Shown piece by piece: positions 40,359-50,768 of a stretch of DNA of 64,000 nucleotides. The stretch comes from Candidatus Woesearchaeota archaeon. Its GTDB lineage: Archaea > Nanobdellota > Nanobdellia > Woesearchaeales > GW2011-AR9. The stretch's first letter is position 1. Every line of letters begins with the position of its first letter. The position numbers and the translations under genes were made by a program. The notes under the pieces were generated by a model. The model had not been told where the DNA came from and did not search any database. It was given only the letters and a program-made list of their open reading frames with translations. The stretch covers positions 28,083 through 92,082 of the forward strand of contig JABIJM010000030.1 in the NCBI GenBank assembly GCA_018655525.1. The letters run 5' to 3'.

Positions 40359-42974
40359 CTTCTTCAAGGTATCATCAACATGTGTTTTCTTTTCCTTAAT
40401 TGCTTTTGGAGATCCACCACCATGCCATGTAAATCGTGGACGCATTTGTACAGGGAAAATACGTTCATTTGCATCATCAAAGACAACTGCTGCTCCTTTC
40501 ACACGCGGGAGATGATCTATTTCATCTACCAATCCAGTACGCATGTAACTCTGTGTTAATTGTCCTAACGCCTCTGTATCCATTTGTGCTGTTAATCTAT
40601 GAGCAAGAACCGTATCTGATTGTGTCATAACATCTGTGTGAATTTTTGCAGGTTGTTGAGTTGCAAGAATTAAACTGATTCCTGGTTGACGTCCTTCACG
40701 TAAAATTGTAATTAATGCATCTGAAGCTGCTGTTTTTCCATCATGAGGAAGAAGTTCATGTGCTTCATCAATTGCGAGCCATACTAACGGTTCTGTCATT
40801 TTTTCTTCAGTATCTTTAGAAAAATAATGCATTGCAGCATCTACAGATTTGAATTCTTCTGTCTTTCGTGCAAGCATTCTTTGATTAAACAATGTCCGAC
40901 TAATTAAACCTACAACTAACGCTTTAATTTCCCAACCAGAAGCCATAGTTGCATAAGGAGAAACATCTAAAACAGTTACTTGACCGCCTGCAACAATATC
41001 CTTCAAGGGGGTTCCTTCTTTAGAAAAAATACCCCATCCTTTTGCTTTTTGAAATTGATTTTCAACAATATTTCTTACAACTTTTTCTGAATCTTTTTCT
41101 TGAGAGATAAGAGAAATGAGTTCTTCCATATCATAAGACTCATTTTTATCTTTTAAATTTTGAACCACTTTTGAAATAAGAACACCTTCAGCAGTATTCA
41201 ATGAAATGTCAAATGCCCGACTCCAGTCTAAAGGATCAACATCAATTGGACGTATTGAAAACGGAAAATCTGTAGGGATTCCTTGTTCTTTATATTTGTA
41301 AAAGAAACCTGAAGGGGTATAAATTTTGACATCTAATGCCTTTGGATCAAATCCCCATTGTTTCACGAGATCTGAGTCTTGAAGATTAGGATATTTCATT
41401 GTCCAATAAATACCCATCGTATCCAATAAAACAATAGAAAGGTTTTGTTTGATTTCAACGGGTAAATCCGCTAAACCTTCTGCAATAGAACCCATGGTGT
41501 ATGAATTATGAACAATGATACCATTAGCAACAAAATTGTGAGTTTCAGGAACAGTAATGTCATAAACAGTTTCATTTCCTTCAATTTCTTTGATAGCCAC
41601 TATTTCATCCCAAAAAATATCTGAATTCGCAAACTTAGAAAGTAAATCAGATTCATCTGCAACAGCAATTTGTAATAATTTTTGTCGTGAAGGAGAATAT
41701 TTTGTACTTTCACGTAAAGCTTTAGGATGAGCATAACCCATCTTCCTTCCAATTGCTGCCCAATTATCTGGTTTATACATATCCCAAATTTCTTTTGGAA
41801 CAGTATCAACATTAGGGTTTCTAATAATTTTCACTGATTCTTTTAAAGCAATTACAGAACGTTCTTCTTTTTTACCATAAAAACCTATCTCCTGAAGATA
41901 CGTGTTAACATTTTCTCCATAAATCTCCAATTCATTAGCCTCAAATCCCTTTTGATTAACTTTTTTACGGATTTTAGCTACAATTCCGAAACGTAATAAT
42001 AAATGTTGTACCTGAGAAATTAATTGATCAGAAATAGAACAATAACTTACAAACCAATGATTTGCTTTTTTGTAAATTGTCCCATCGCAAGAAAACAAAC
42101 GATTTAAAAATAAACTAATTTGATGTTTTGGCATTGTAAAAATACAATCAGGAACAAATTTTGTTAAAGACCTAGTCTCATAAAGTTTAAGTTCTTCAAG
42201 CCAATTACGTATTGATGAATGATCCCATTTTGGATTGTTAATAAATTGTCCATTCTCATCTCTTGAACTTTGCTCTTTCATTACTTTTTTGATTTGGGAA
42301 ACTCTAAAGCAAGAATCATCACTGTGCCGTTCAATTCTTAAATTATCATCAAAATCATAAACTGATTGTTTAAAATCTGAAACAATTTTTTGATCTTTAT
42401 TAGAAAATAAAACAAATCTATTTCCTAAATGGCCTTCAGCAATAAGATAAGCTAAAAGTTTAACTTCACATTCCTTTATTGATAAATCACCAAAAGATTC
42501 CAATTTACGTGGTGTTGCAACTCTTGAACCTATATTCAATTTTTCTATTGGAGACCAACCCTTAACAGTTAACAATGGATGCTCCGGAGTTAATTTAATG
42601 ATTTTACCGGTTCTAAACTTAACTTCAAATATTCGATCAACCTCCCTTTTATAAAAGTGAGATTTTTGACCTTCTTGAATCTTAAAATCAGAATTTAAAG
42701 TATAAATATTTTGATTCTTTTCTTCTAAATCTTTAATTTTTACAAGAGAACCATCATCAAGTGTAATTAAAGTATCACCATGAAGACATTTTCCACTCCC
42801 TCTTTTGCCGACGATAAAGACAACATGCGCTCCTGCGACATCCATGTACACAGGATTAGAAAGAGATGTGGTTTGACCCATCTTAACATATTGTTTTCCA
42901 ATAAGAACGGTTCCTTCCTTGCCAAACTTTTCCACGTCTTTTTTGCTTCTGCCGATAATAACATCAAACACCAT
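40344..42974 (-). CDS. HerA/FtsK-like (DUF87) ATPase containing an intein
   Basis: Walker A GKRGSGK|SYT split by the intein; IDEAHE, EGRQPG, LATQQP. Confidence 0.85.
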   Translation of the reverse strand: MVFDVIIGRSKKDVEKFGKEGTVLIGKQYVKMGQTTSLSNPVYMDVAGAHVVFIVGKRGSGKCLHGDTLITLDDGSLVKIKDLEEKNQNIYTLNSDFKIQEGQKSHFYKREVDRIFEVKFRTGKIIKLTPEHPLLTVKGWSPIEKLNIGSRVATPRKLESFGDLSIKECEVKLLAYLIAEGHLGNRFVLFSNKDQKIVSDFKQSVYDFDDNLRIERHSDDSCFRVSQIKKVMKEQSSRDENGQFINNPKWDHSSIRNWLEELKLYETRSLTKFVPDCIFTMPKHQISLFLNRLFSCDGTIYKKANHWFVSYCSISDQLISQVQHLLLRFGIVAKIRKKVNQKGFEANELEIYGENVNTYLQEIGFYGKKEERSVIALKESVKIIRNPNVDTVPKEIWDMYKPDNWAAIGRKMGYAHPKALRESTKYSPSRQKLLQIAVADESDLLSKFANSDIFWDEIVAIKEIEGNETVYDITVPETHNFVANGIIVHNSYTMGSIAEGLADLPVEIKQNLSIVLLDTMGIYWTMKYPNLQDSDLVKQWGFDPKALDVKIYTPSGFFYKYKEQGIPTDFPFSIRPIDVDPLDWSRAFDISLNTAEGVLISKVVQNLKDKNESYDMEELISLISQEKDSEKVVRNIVENQFQKAKGWGIFSKEGTPLKDIVAGGQVTVLDVSPYATMASGWEIKALVVGLISRTLFNQRMLARKTEEFKSVDAAMHYFSKDTEEKMTEPLVWLAIDEAHELLPHDGKTAASDALITILREGRQPGISLILATQQPAKIHTDVMTQSDTVLAHRLTAQMDTEALGQLTQSYMRTGLVDEIDHLPRVKGAAVVFDDANERIFPVQMRPRFTWHGGGSPKAIKEKKTHVDDTLKKLREL
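41505..42788 (-). mobile_element. Intein (428 aa) with LAGLIDADG homing endonuclease
   Basis: N-terminal CLHGDT, TPEHP block B, YLIAEG and LFSCDG motifs, C-terminal IVHN followed by Ser. Confidence 0.93.
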
Positions 42975-43012
42975 ATCAAGTATAAATAAGAAGAATGTAA
43001 TAAAGGTTTGGG

Positions 43013-43555
43013 TTAGAATATATCTCTTAACCGAGATTCAATTGAGCCTTCAACATGTAAACTTCCTTTAGGGATATCTTTACTAGAAAACGCATAATTA
43101 GATTTAATTCTAGAAAGACCAAGATGTTTTTTTCCACTTGGAGCAGGATCCACTAAGTGGTGTGCATCCCAAGGAAGAACATAAATGTCCCTATACAATA
43201 TTGATCGTTCAGACACACTCCTCATTTCTGTAGGGGCATTCTTTGATTGACCCAACAACAAAAGCCAATACAATGTTAATTCAGAATTTTGGGAGTGACC
43301 TTCATAATTCTTAATTTGGTCAACATCTAATGGCCACCATTCAAAATCTGATCTTGGTCGTTTTCGCATGCCATTTTGAACTAAAGGATATGTACGAGAT
43401 TTTAATTCAAATATCGCTTCCTTACCAATTAAATCAGGTTGAATCATACTATCCTGATGTTGATGTATCGGATGCCTCTCTAAATCAAAATTCCTACACA
43501 AATAGCGAAGATGCAAGGTCTCAAGATGATTCTTTACAGAACTACTACTTAACAT
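43013..43555 (-). CDS. PD-(D/E)XK nuclease-like protein
   Basis: QPDLIG...FELKSR motif. Confidence 0.55.
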   Translation of the reverse strand: MLSSSSVKNHLETLHLRYLCRNFDLERHPIHQHQDSMIQPDLIGKEAIFELKSRTYPLVQNGMRKRPRSDFEWWPLDVDQIKNYEGHSQNSELTLYWLLLLGQSKNAPTEMRSVSERSILYRDIYVLPWDAHHLVDPAPSGKKHLGLSRIKSNYAFSSKDIPKGSLHVEGSIESRLRDIF

Positions 43556-43616
43556 AGATATTTTGAGATTATATGTTATATAAAATTAATTAAAAAAAAA
43601 TTAAAAGAAAAAAAAT

Positions 43617-44900
43617 CTAAATTTTATCTTCAGTAAGAACATTCACTCTACTTGATTTAACTTTACTTGAAGTTCCAACAACGTGATTTACACCAACTTT
43701 CTCAGCTAATTGCGCAAGATCATCGTTTACTTCACCATCTAAAGCTAATGCGTGAACACCGCCACTTAGACTTTTTAATGTTGCACCAAGTTCACTTAAA
43801 GGAACATTTCCAAGAACTTTCATACCCTTATCAAAAATCCGCGCTCCACGTGTTCCAAATAAATCTTCCATAGCATCCTTCAAAATTTTACCTTCAGGTG
43901 CTGCTAACGGTTTACTAGAACTTCTTGGAGCCATTGGTCGTTTATTCGCACTATGCGCAGGTCTCTGTGGACGTCCATTTGGTCTTTGTGAAGCTTGATG
44001 AGGCGCTCTTTGGTTCTTAAATTGACGAGTTGGACGTGCTTCTTCTTTCAAAGAACCATCGTCATTTACACCTAAATCAAGTTTACCTTGTTCAGCGGTA
44101 ATTTTTCCACGTAAAGCTTTATGGATTTCTTTTTTCGTAAGTTCTTCAACTTCTTTTCCATCAGGAGCTTTACACACAAAATCAATTTCAGCTACACCTA
44201 ATAATTCACGAACAATTAGATCTCCACCACGATCACCATCAACAAATACAGTTGTGGTTTTCTTCTTGGTTAAATCTTTGATTGTCTGTGGACATGAAGT
44301 ACCATTCATTGTAATTACATTCTTAAATCCGTGTTTAAGTAATACAAGAACATCTGCTCTTCCTTCTACAATGATAATATCTTCACTGTCATCAATCATT
44401 GGACCAGCTGCTAATTTCTCTGAACCGTATTCAACCATTTCCATTTGACGTACTGATTGAGAGACTTCATCTGCCAATTCTTGAGAATCAGGAAAAGAAC
44501 TATCTGTTAAGTTACGTAGTAATTCTTTTGCTCTGTTAACAACAAATTGTCGTTTACTTGTACGAACATCTTCAATTTTTTGAACTAAAACTTTTGCATT
44601 ACAAGGACCAATTCTTTGAATGATCTCTAATGCTGCTGCAACAATTGCAGTTTCTGTTTTATCAAGAGAACTTGGAATTATGATTTCTCCTTTAGTTTTT
44701 CCACTTACTGTTTTTACGTTTACTTCAATTCGGCCAATTCTACCCGATCTTTGTAATTCACGTAATTCTAAATCGTTTCCTAACAAACCTTCTGTTTGTC
44801 CGAAAATAGCTCCAATTACATCTGGTCTATCAACTACACCAGAAATGTTAATTTCAGCTGTTACTATGTATTTTGCCGCTACTGGGCTTATTTTTGCCAT
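43617..44900 (-). CDS. dnaG: Archaeal DnaG (TOPRIM)
   Basis: GAIFGQTEGLLG, IVEGRADV, DGDRGG. Confidence 0.95.
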   Translation of the reverse strand: MAKISPVAAKYIVTAEINISGVVDRPDVIGAIFGQTEGLLGNDLELRELQRSGRIGRIEVNVKTVSGKTKGEIIIPSSLDKTETAIVAAALEIIQRIGPCNAKVLVQKIEDVRTSKRQFVVNRAKELLRNLTDSSFPDSQELADEVSQSVRQMEMVEYGSEKLAAGPMIDDSEDIIIVEGRADVLVLLKHGFKNVITMNGTSCPQTIKDLTKKKTTTVFVDGDRGGDLIVRELLGVAEIDFVCKAPDGKEVEELTKKEIHKALRGKITAEQGKLDLGVNDDGSLKEEARPTRQFKNQRAPHQASQRPNGRPQRPAHSANKRPMAPRSSSKPLAAPEGKILKDAMEDLFGTRGARIFDKGMKVLGNVPLSELGATLKSLSGGVHALALDGEVNDDLAQLAEKVGVNHVVGTSSKVKSSRVNVLTEDKI

Positions 44901-45118
44901 TTTTATTTCCCCCTAGAAAGAGTAGCTTTTAGAGAGGTTGTTTCTCTGATTGTAAGCTAATGTAATGATCGTGATAAACGTTTATAACGTTTTTATGAGC
45001 ATACTCTTTCTTTGTCTTTATAGAAAAATAGATATCACTTTTACTGTTCTTATTGTGAATGTAAATTATGTGATTTAAACCTATTTTTCAGGTTTTTTGT
45101 GTCTTTAATGATTATGAA

Positions 45119-45192
45119 GCCCGAGTCACTAACCCCTGAATTCATCGCTTGGTTTTACCGTAGACTCCACCAGGTACTCTCGCGACGGGCTA
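45119..45192 (-). ncRNA. Candidate ~74-nt structured ncRNA
   Basis: Stems GCCCG/CGGGC, GTCGC/GTGAC, CCTGG/TCAGG; G-U pairs favour the minus strand; TATA at ~45216-45223. Confidence 0.45.
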
Positions 45193-45304
45193 TGAAATTA
45201 AATTGTGTGGTCTAGTATATAAACCTTATGCTAGAAAAGTAGAATGGTTTGAAAACAAAGGAATTTTGAGCTTATTTTATTGAAAAAACCTAAAATTTTA
45301 AAGT

Positions 45305-45370
45305 AAAAAAACCCCAGCAAACCAACATTAGATGCTGACTTACTGAGGAAAAGAGGTGGTTTTGAGGTGT
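45305..45370 (-). ncRNA. Candidate sRNA: two CACCTC motifs, 17-bp G-U-rich hairpin, U tract
   Basis: TATA TTTATAAA at 45393-45400; hairpin 45312-45348. Confidence 0.4.
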
Positions 45371-45473
45371 ATTCCTATTTTTGGAGGAGTTCTTTATAAA
45401 GGTTTTGTCTTTTTTGTAACTTTTTAGTAAGTACACCCAAACCTACTTAAACTAGGAAGCAATTAAGCTCAAT

Positions 45474-46184
45474 ATGGTTACACTAAAACATCAAGAACGA
45501 TTCAGAACTGCTAAAGGCGTCTTTGATGCTCACACAGATAGAACACTCTTTGAACTTCAAAGTAGAGGTATTTTTGATGAATTAGAAAGCCCACTTTCTG
45601 TAGGAAAAGAAAGCAATGTATTCATTGCATTAAAAGATGGAGAAAAAGTCATTGTTAAAATTTATCGTATGCAAAATTGTGATTTTAATTCAATGTTTGA
45701 TTATATTCGTAAAGATCCAAGATACGAATTTATGAAGAAACATAGAAGACAAATTATCATGGCATGGGCACAACGTGAGTTTAAGAACCTGATAAAAGCA
45801 GAAAGAGCAGGAATTAAAACACCAGAACCTTTAGGATGGCGAAATCATATCGTAGTAGAAGAATTTATTGGAGATGTTGAAGCAGCACCTCCATTAAAAG
45901 ACCAATATCCTGAAGATCCAGAAAAATTCTTTGAAACAACAATAAAACAAATGAAAATGTTATATGATGCGGGTTTAATCCATGGAGATTTATCTTCATT
46001 CAATATTTTGAATCATAACGAAGAACCTTATTTTATAGATTACTCACAAGGAACATTAACAAAAACACCAAATTCAATGGAATTACTTGAAAGGGATGTT
46101 AGAAATATTTGTAAATTTTTCAAAAAATTAGGTGTTGACACAAATTACGAAGAAACACTTAAAAAGATCGTTGCAAAAAAGTAA
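45474..46184 (+). CDS. rio1: RIO1 serine kinase
   Basis: SVGKESNVF, VKIYR, IHGDLSSFNIL. Confidence 0.92.
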   Translation: MVTLKHQERFRTAKGVFDAHTDRTLFELQSRGIFDELESPLSVGKESNVFIALKDGEKVIVKIYRMQNCDFNSMFDYIRKDPRYEFMKKHRRQIIMAWAQREFKNLIKAERAGIKTPEPLGWRNHIVVEEFIGDVEAAPPLKDQYPEDPEKFFETTIKQMKMLYDAGLIHGDLSSFNILNHNEEPYFIDYSQGTLTKTPNSMELLERDVRNICKFFKKLGVDTNYEETLKKIVAKK

Positions 46185-46188
46185 GATA

Positions 46189-46728
46189 ATGGAAGAATCA
46201 CAAGCAGAGTTTAGTTATGAACTAAAAGTTCCCGAGGAACGAGTTGCAGTTTTGATAGGAACAGATGGTACTACAAAAAAACAAATTGAAGAACAAACAG
46301 GCTGTAGTTTAGATATTTCTAAAGAAGGAGACGTTACAATTATGGGTGAAGACGGTATGCAACTTTACACCACAAAAGATATTGTAAAAGCAATTGGACG
46401 CGGATTCAATCCAAGAATTGCATTATTATTATTAAAACCAGATTATGCTTTTGAATTAATTGACATGACCGATATTACAGGAAAAAGTAAAAATGATTTA
46501 TTACGTGTAAAAGGACGTGTGATCGGAAAGGGTGGGAAATCACGTGAAGAAATTGAACGTTTAACTGATACAAACATCACCGTTTATGGAAAAACAGTAG
46601 GTATGATTGGTGAAGTTGCACAGGTAACCGTTGCACGTCAAGCAATTGCAATGCTGCTTAAAGGAAGTATGCATAAAACAGTCTATCATTTCTTAGAACG
46701 AAAGAAAAAAGAGATGTTATTTGGATGA
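46189..46728 (+). CDS. KH-domain rRNA processing protein (Dim2/Pno1)
   Basis: AIGRGF, GRVIGKGG, VYGKTV; conserved RIO1-KH-TopoVI gene order. Confidence 0.9.
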   Translation: MEESQAEFSYELKVPEERVAVLIGTDGTTKKQIEEQTGCSLDISKEGDVTIMGEDGMQLYTTKDIVKAIGRGFNPRIALLLLKPDYAFELIDMTDITGKSKNDLLRVKGRVIGKGGKSREEIERLTDTNITVYGKTVGMIGEVAQVTVARQAIAMLLKGSMHKTVYHFLERKKKEMLFG

Positions 46729-46773
46729 ATCACACCAAAACACTTATAAATTCTCTACGAAATTCCAAAGTCA

Positions 46774-48504
46774 ATGGCCAAAAGATCCGCGGAAGAACTT
46801 GCTAAAAATCAAAGAGAAATTTCCATTGCAGAATTTTTTGAAAAAAATAGACATTTATTAGGATTTGATAATCCACGACGTTCACTTCTAACAACAATCA
46901 AGGAAGCAGTTGATAATGCATTAGATGCATGTGAAGAAGCACGTATTCTTCCAGAGATTCAAGTTGAACTGATTCAATTATCAGAAACAAGGTTTCGTGT
47001 AATCATTGAAGATAATGGTCCAGGAATTATTAAGAAACAAATTCCAAAGATTTTTGCAAAGTTACTTTATGGTTCAAAATTCCATAAACTTTCTGCAACA
47101 CGAGGTCAACAAGGTATTGGGATCTCTGCTGCGGTATTATATGGGCAATTAACAACAGGGAAACCTGCGTCTATTACATCTAAAACAGGAAAAGGTAAAC
47201 TTGCAGAATTTGTAAAACTTAAAATTAATACATCAACAAATAATCCTGTTCTTTCAGATGAAAAAGAAGTTGAATGGGAAGAAAAAGATCACGGAACACG
47301 GATTGAAATTGATATGGAAGCAGCATATCTGAAAGGACGTCAATCAGTTGATGAATATATCAAACAAACCGCAATTGTAAATCCACATTGTACAATCATA
47401 TACACAGATCCAAGTGCAAATCAAATTATTTTTCCGAGAGCAACTGAAGATTTACCTCCAGAAGCTGTAGAAATTAAACCACATCCTTATGGAATTGAAC
47501 TTGGAAGATTAATCAAAATGATTGAAATGACTGCTGCAAAAACATTGCAACAGTTCTTAATGACCGAATTTGTACGTGTCAGTAGCAAAGTTTCAAAAGA
47601 AATATGTGAAAATTCTGCCTTATTACCAAAAACAAAACCTAAAAAGATTACACGAGATTTAGCAGAAAATTTGTATAAGGGAATCAAAAAAACAAAAATC
47701 ATGGCACCACCAACTGATTGTATTTCACCGATTGGTGCAGATTTATTAGAACGAGGATTACGAAAAGAAATTAACGCAGAATTTTATTGTTCCACTACAA
47801 GACCAGCTTCAGTATACAGAGGTAACCCTTTCGTAGTTGAAGCAGCGATGGCATATGGAGGAGAGCAACCTGCAGATAAAACAGTAAGAGTCATGCGTTT
47901 TGCAAATCGTGTTCCTTTATTATATCAACAAGGAGCATGTGGAATTACAAAATCCATTCAAACAACTGCATGGAAGTCCTATGGATTACAACAAAGTAGA
48001 TCCGCTTTACCAGTTGGACCTTGTTCCATTGTATTACACGTAACCTCAGTATGGGTTCCATTCACATCAGAAGAAAAATCAGCATTAGCACATTACGATG
48101 AATTAATGAAAGAAATGCGTCTTGCATTACAAGAATGTGGGCGGAAATTAGCTTCATTCGTAAATAAAAAGAAACGTCTTAAAGATGAAGTAAAAAAACG
48201 AAGTTACATTGAAAAATATATCCCTCACGTTGCTGAAGGATTAAAAGAAATCATGAATTTTGATGAAATCAAAAAAAGGGAAATTGAAGATTACCTCTCA
48301 GAGATTCTTGAGCATACGCGGGGAGAAATTGAAGAGATTAAAGTTGACAATCCAGATTACGATCCAGAATTTGCAGCTATCGGAAAAGAAGTTGTTGAAA
48401 AACCAAAAGAAGAAGAAAAAAACGAAGATAAAGAAGAGAATGAAGAAGAATCAAATGATGATGATAGTGTTCCAAAAGAAGAAAAACAAACAACATTAGG
48501 ATAA
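46774..48504 (+). CDS. top6B: DNA topoisomerase VI subunit B
   Basis: [31 protein letters not shown]. Confidence 0.96.
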   Translation: MAKRSAEELAKNQREISIAEFFEKNRHLLGFDNPRRSLLTTIKEAVDNALDACEEARILPEIQVELIQLSETRFRVIIEDNGPGIIKKQIPKIFAKLLYGSKFHKLSATRGQQGIGISAAVLYGQLTTGKPASITSKTGKGKLAEFVKLKINTSTNNPVLSDEKEVEWEEKDHGTRIEIDMEAAYLKGRQSVDEYIKQTAIVNPHCTIIYTDPSANQIIFPRATEDLPPEAVEIKPHPYGIELGRLIKMIEMTAAKTLQQFLMTEFVRVSSKVSKEICENSALLPKTKPKKITRDLAENLYKGIKKTKIMAPPTDCISPIGADLLERGLRKEINAEFYCSTTRPASVYRGNPFVVEAAMAYGGEQPADKTVRVMRFANRVPLLYQQGACGITKSIQTTAWKSYGLQQSRSALPVGPCSIVLHVTSVWVPFTSEEKSALAHYDELMKEMRLALQECGRKLASFVNKKKRLKDEVKKRSYIEKYIPHVAEGLKEIMNFDEIKKREIEDYLSEILEHTRGEIEEIKVDNPDYDPEFAAIGKEVVEKPKEEEKNEDKEENEEESNDDDSVPKEEKQTTLG

Positions 48505-48508
48505 AACC

Positions 48509-49603
48509 ATGGCTAAGAAAGAAAATATTGTAGAAGAAAAGATCAAAGAGATCGCACAAGAAGTGTATGATACAATTCATCTAAAAGAAAAACCAGAATT
48601 AGAATCTCCAATTAGATCCTTAAACAATGTTTCTTACAATGAACAAGAAGGATTCTTTAAAATATTAGGAAAAACAAAAGTAAGAACTCTTACTGCAAAT
48701 ACGATCAAAACATTCGCACAAACTCTTAGAATGATGGCACTTTCTAAAGATCTTGTATCTGATAATGAAATCGCAACAAAAAGGGAAGCATATTATTTAA
48801 GTAAGAACTGGGGAGAAGCACGGTTCAAAGAACAACCAGAATCAGATTCCGTGATGGATGATATTGAAGCAATGATGGGTGTGAATCGTGAACAGATTGG
48901 TTTCATTCCAGGAGAAAAAGGTGGTGCAGTTGCAGGAGAATTAACCGTAATTGATGTTGATTCCGAAAGCAAGGAAAAACTTGAAATTGATTGTACCAAA
49001 TTCGGATCAGGTGCATATGCAATCCCAAGTTCTGTAGAACATTTAAAATTTAAAACAAAAGCAAAATTTGTCTTAGCAATAGAAACAGCTGGTATGTTTG
49101 AACGTTTAAACAAACACAAATATTGGAGAACTGCAAATTGTATCATTATTGCAATGTCAGGAGTTCCAACACGAGCAACAAGACGATTTATGCGAAAATT
49201 AGCAGATGAAAACAAATTACAAGTGTATGTGTTTACAGATGGAGACCCTTATGGATTCTTTTCAATTTACAGAACACTAAAAGTTGGATCTGGAAACGCA
49301 GCACATATTAATCAATATTTCTGTGTGCCAAATGCGAGATTTATAGGAGTAACACCACAAGATATTATTGATTACAAACTACCAACACATCCATTAAAGG
49401 AAGTTGACTTCAAAAAGATTAAAGACGTTCTTAAAAATGATCCATTCTGTAAACATCATAAAGAATGGCAGAAAGCATTGAAACAAATGGCACAGATGAA
49501 GGTAAGGGTAGAGCAGCAAGCATTCTCTGCACATAGTTTGAATTTTGTAATAGATGAATATTTGCCAAATAAATTAAAGAATTCTAAAACGTGGTTGCCT
49601 TAA
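48509..49603 (+). CDS. top6A: DNA topoisomerase VI subunit A
   Basis: TKREAYY, AIET, FTDGDPYG, EQQA. Confidence 0.96.
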   Translation: MAKKENIVEEKIKEIAQEVYDTIHLKEKPELESPIRSLNNVSYNEQEGFFKILGKTKVRTLTANTIKTFAQTLRMMALSKDLVSDNEIATKREAYYLSKNWGEARFKEQPESDSVMDDIEAMMGVNREQIGFIPGEKGGAVAGELTVIDVDSESKEKLEIDCTKFGSGAYAIPSSVEHLKFKTKAKFVLAIETAGMFERLNKHKYWRTANCIIIAMSGVPTRATRRFMRKLADENKLQVYVFTDGDPYGFFSIYRTLKVGSGNAAHINQYFCVPNARFIGVTPQDIIDYKLPTHPLKEVDFKKIKDVLKNDPFCKHHKEWQKALKQMAQMKVRVEQQAFSAHSLNFVIDEYLPNKLKNSKTWLP

Positions 49604-49605
49604 GT

Positions 49606-50307
49606 TTATTCTAATTTTAAATCTGGGAAATCGGGAAACTGTAAATTTTCCAATCCAATTATATCTTGGTCAATTGTTGTAGATCCTTGTTGATATTTTC
49701 TTTGATGATCCTCTAAAACATAGATTACTAACTTAGGTATTTCCGAAATAATCTGGGGAACTTTAAGAACATGCTCTTCACACGAATGAGATCCTTTTAA
49801 TTGACTTTCAAATCCTTGTAAAGAAATTTGACTTAATCCAGTTCTAAATTTATCTTTGCTTAATTTTTCACGTATAGGAGTATATACATATCCATTATAT
49901 TCATAATCACAAGAAAGAGATGTGATTATAGCTTTATGATTAAAATTACAATCAATTTCTAATTGCTTATAATACGTGTCAAAAAGTTTTTTAGAGAAAG
50001 TTAATTTTAAAGAATAACTTTTTTTTGAAAACCAACCCTCGTGAGAGTTACACTCTATCCTTGTTAAAAAATTATCCGAATAACTTTTACTTCCTGAAAA
50101 TTTTGAACTAAGATCTTTCAAAAAATCAACAGCCCTTATAACTTGAACAAGATAAATTTCTAACACACCAATTGCGCGATCATAAGTTTCCATAAACGTA
50201 CTATGGGCAGCATGAATTCTAGGTTGACAATCAGGAGAATCTTCATCTATTGATTGAATTAAACCTTCTGTTCTTTGAATTAATTCATCTAAATCTTGGT
50301 CAGCCAT
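49606..50307 (-). CDS. hypothetical protein
   Basis: Long ORF, probable start MADQDLDELI. Confidence 0.55.
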   Translation of the reverse strand: MADQDLDELIQRTEGLIQSIDEDSPDCQPRIHAAHSTFMETYDRAIGVLEIYLVQVIRAVDFLKDLSSKFSGSKSYSDNFLTRIECNSHEGWFSKKSYSLKLTFSKKLFDTYYKQLEIDCNFNHKAIITSLSCDYEYNGYVYTPIREKLSKDKFRTGLSQISLQGFESQLKGSHSCEEHVLKVPQIISEIPKLVIYVLEDHQRKYQQGSTTIDQDIIGLENLQFPDFPDLKLE

Positions 50308-50311
50308 ATTA

Positions 50312-50665
50312 TTACGCAACACATGCGCATCTTTTCAAACCTTTGTTTAAAGCCGTGTTCTTTGAAGCGAATCGTACTTTGTTTTTAGGTTTAATGTTTT
50401 TTGCAAATGCACATTTTGTACTGTGAAATTTGCTTCCTGTTTTAGATGCAAGAAATGATGCTTTTGTCTTTCTAGTTATAATTTTCTTAGAAATTTTTGT
50501 AACACGTTTTGTGTTTAAACTAGCTACTTTCGCAACAAGATCTAAGTTTGATCTACGTAAATATGCTACATCTGATCGTAATCCTGTGATGATTTCGTAT
50601 AATCTACTAATATCTACTTTTACTAAATTAAATGAGTTAATTGTGTTTTTTTCTAATTGGTTCAT
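50312..50665 (-). CDS. Coiled-coil protein with Ada-like metal-binding domain
   Basis: FLASKTGSKFHSTKC...GLKRCAC; upstream GGAGG. Confidence 0.65.
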   Translation of the reverse strand: MNQLEKNTINSFNLVKVDISRLYEIITGLRSDVAYLRRSNLDLVAKVASLNTKRVTKISKKIITRKTKASFLASKTGSKFHSTKCAFAKNIKPKNKVRFASKNTALNKGLKRCACVA

Positions 50666-50768
50666 GGTAATTTCCTCCTAATACCTATTTAGAAACCTCT
50701 TTTATAAAGGTTTTGCCTCTTTTTAGTAGTATCATAAAATACTTAAAACATACAATAAAAATCAACCC

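Noticed and set aside
45393..45407. TTTATAAAGGTTTTG repeated near 50702
   Set aside because: Explained by ordinary BRE-TATA promoter consensus
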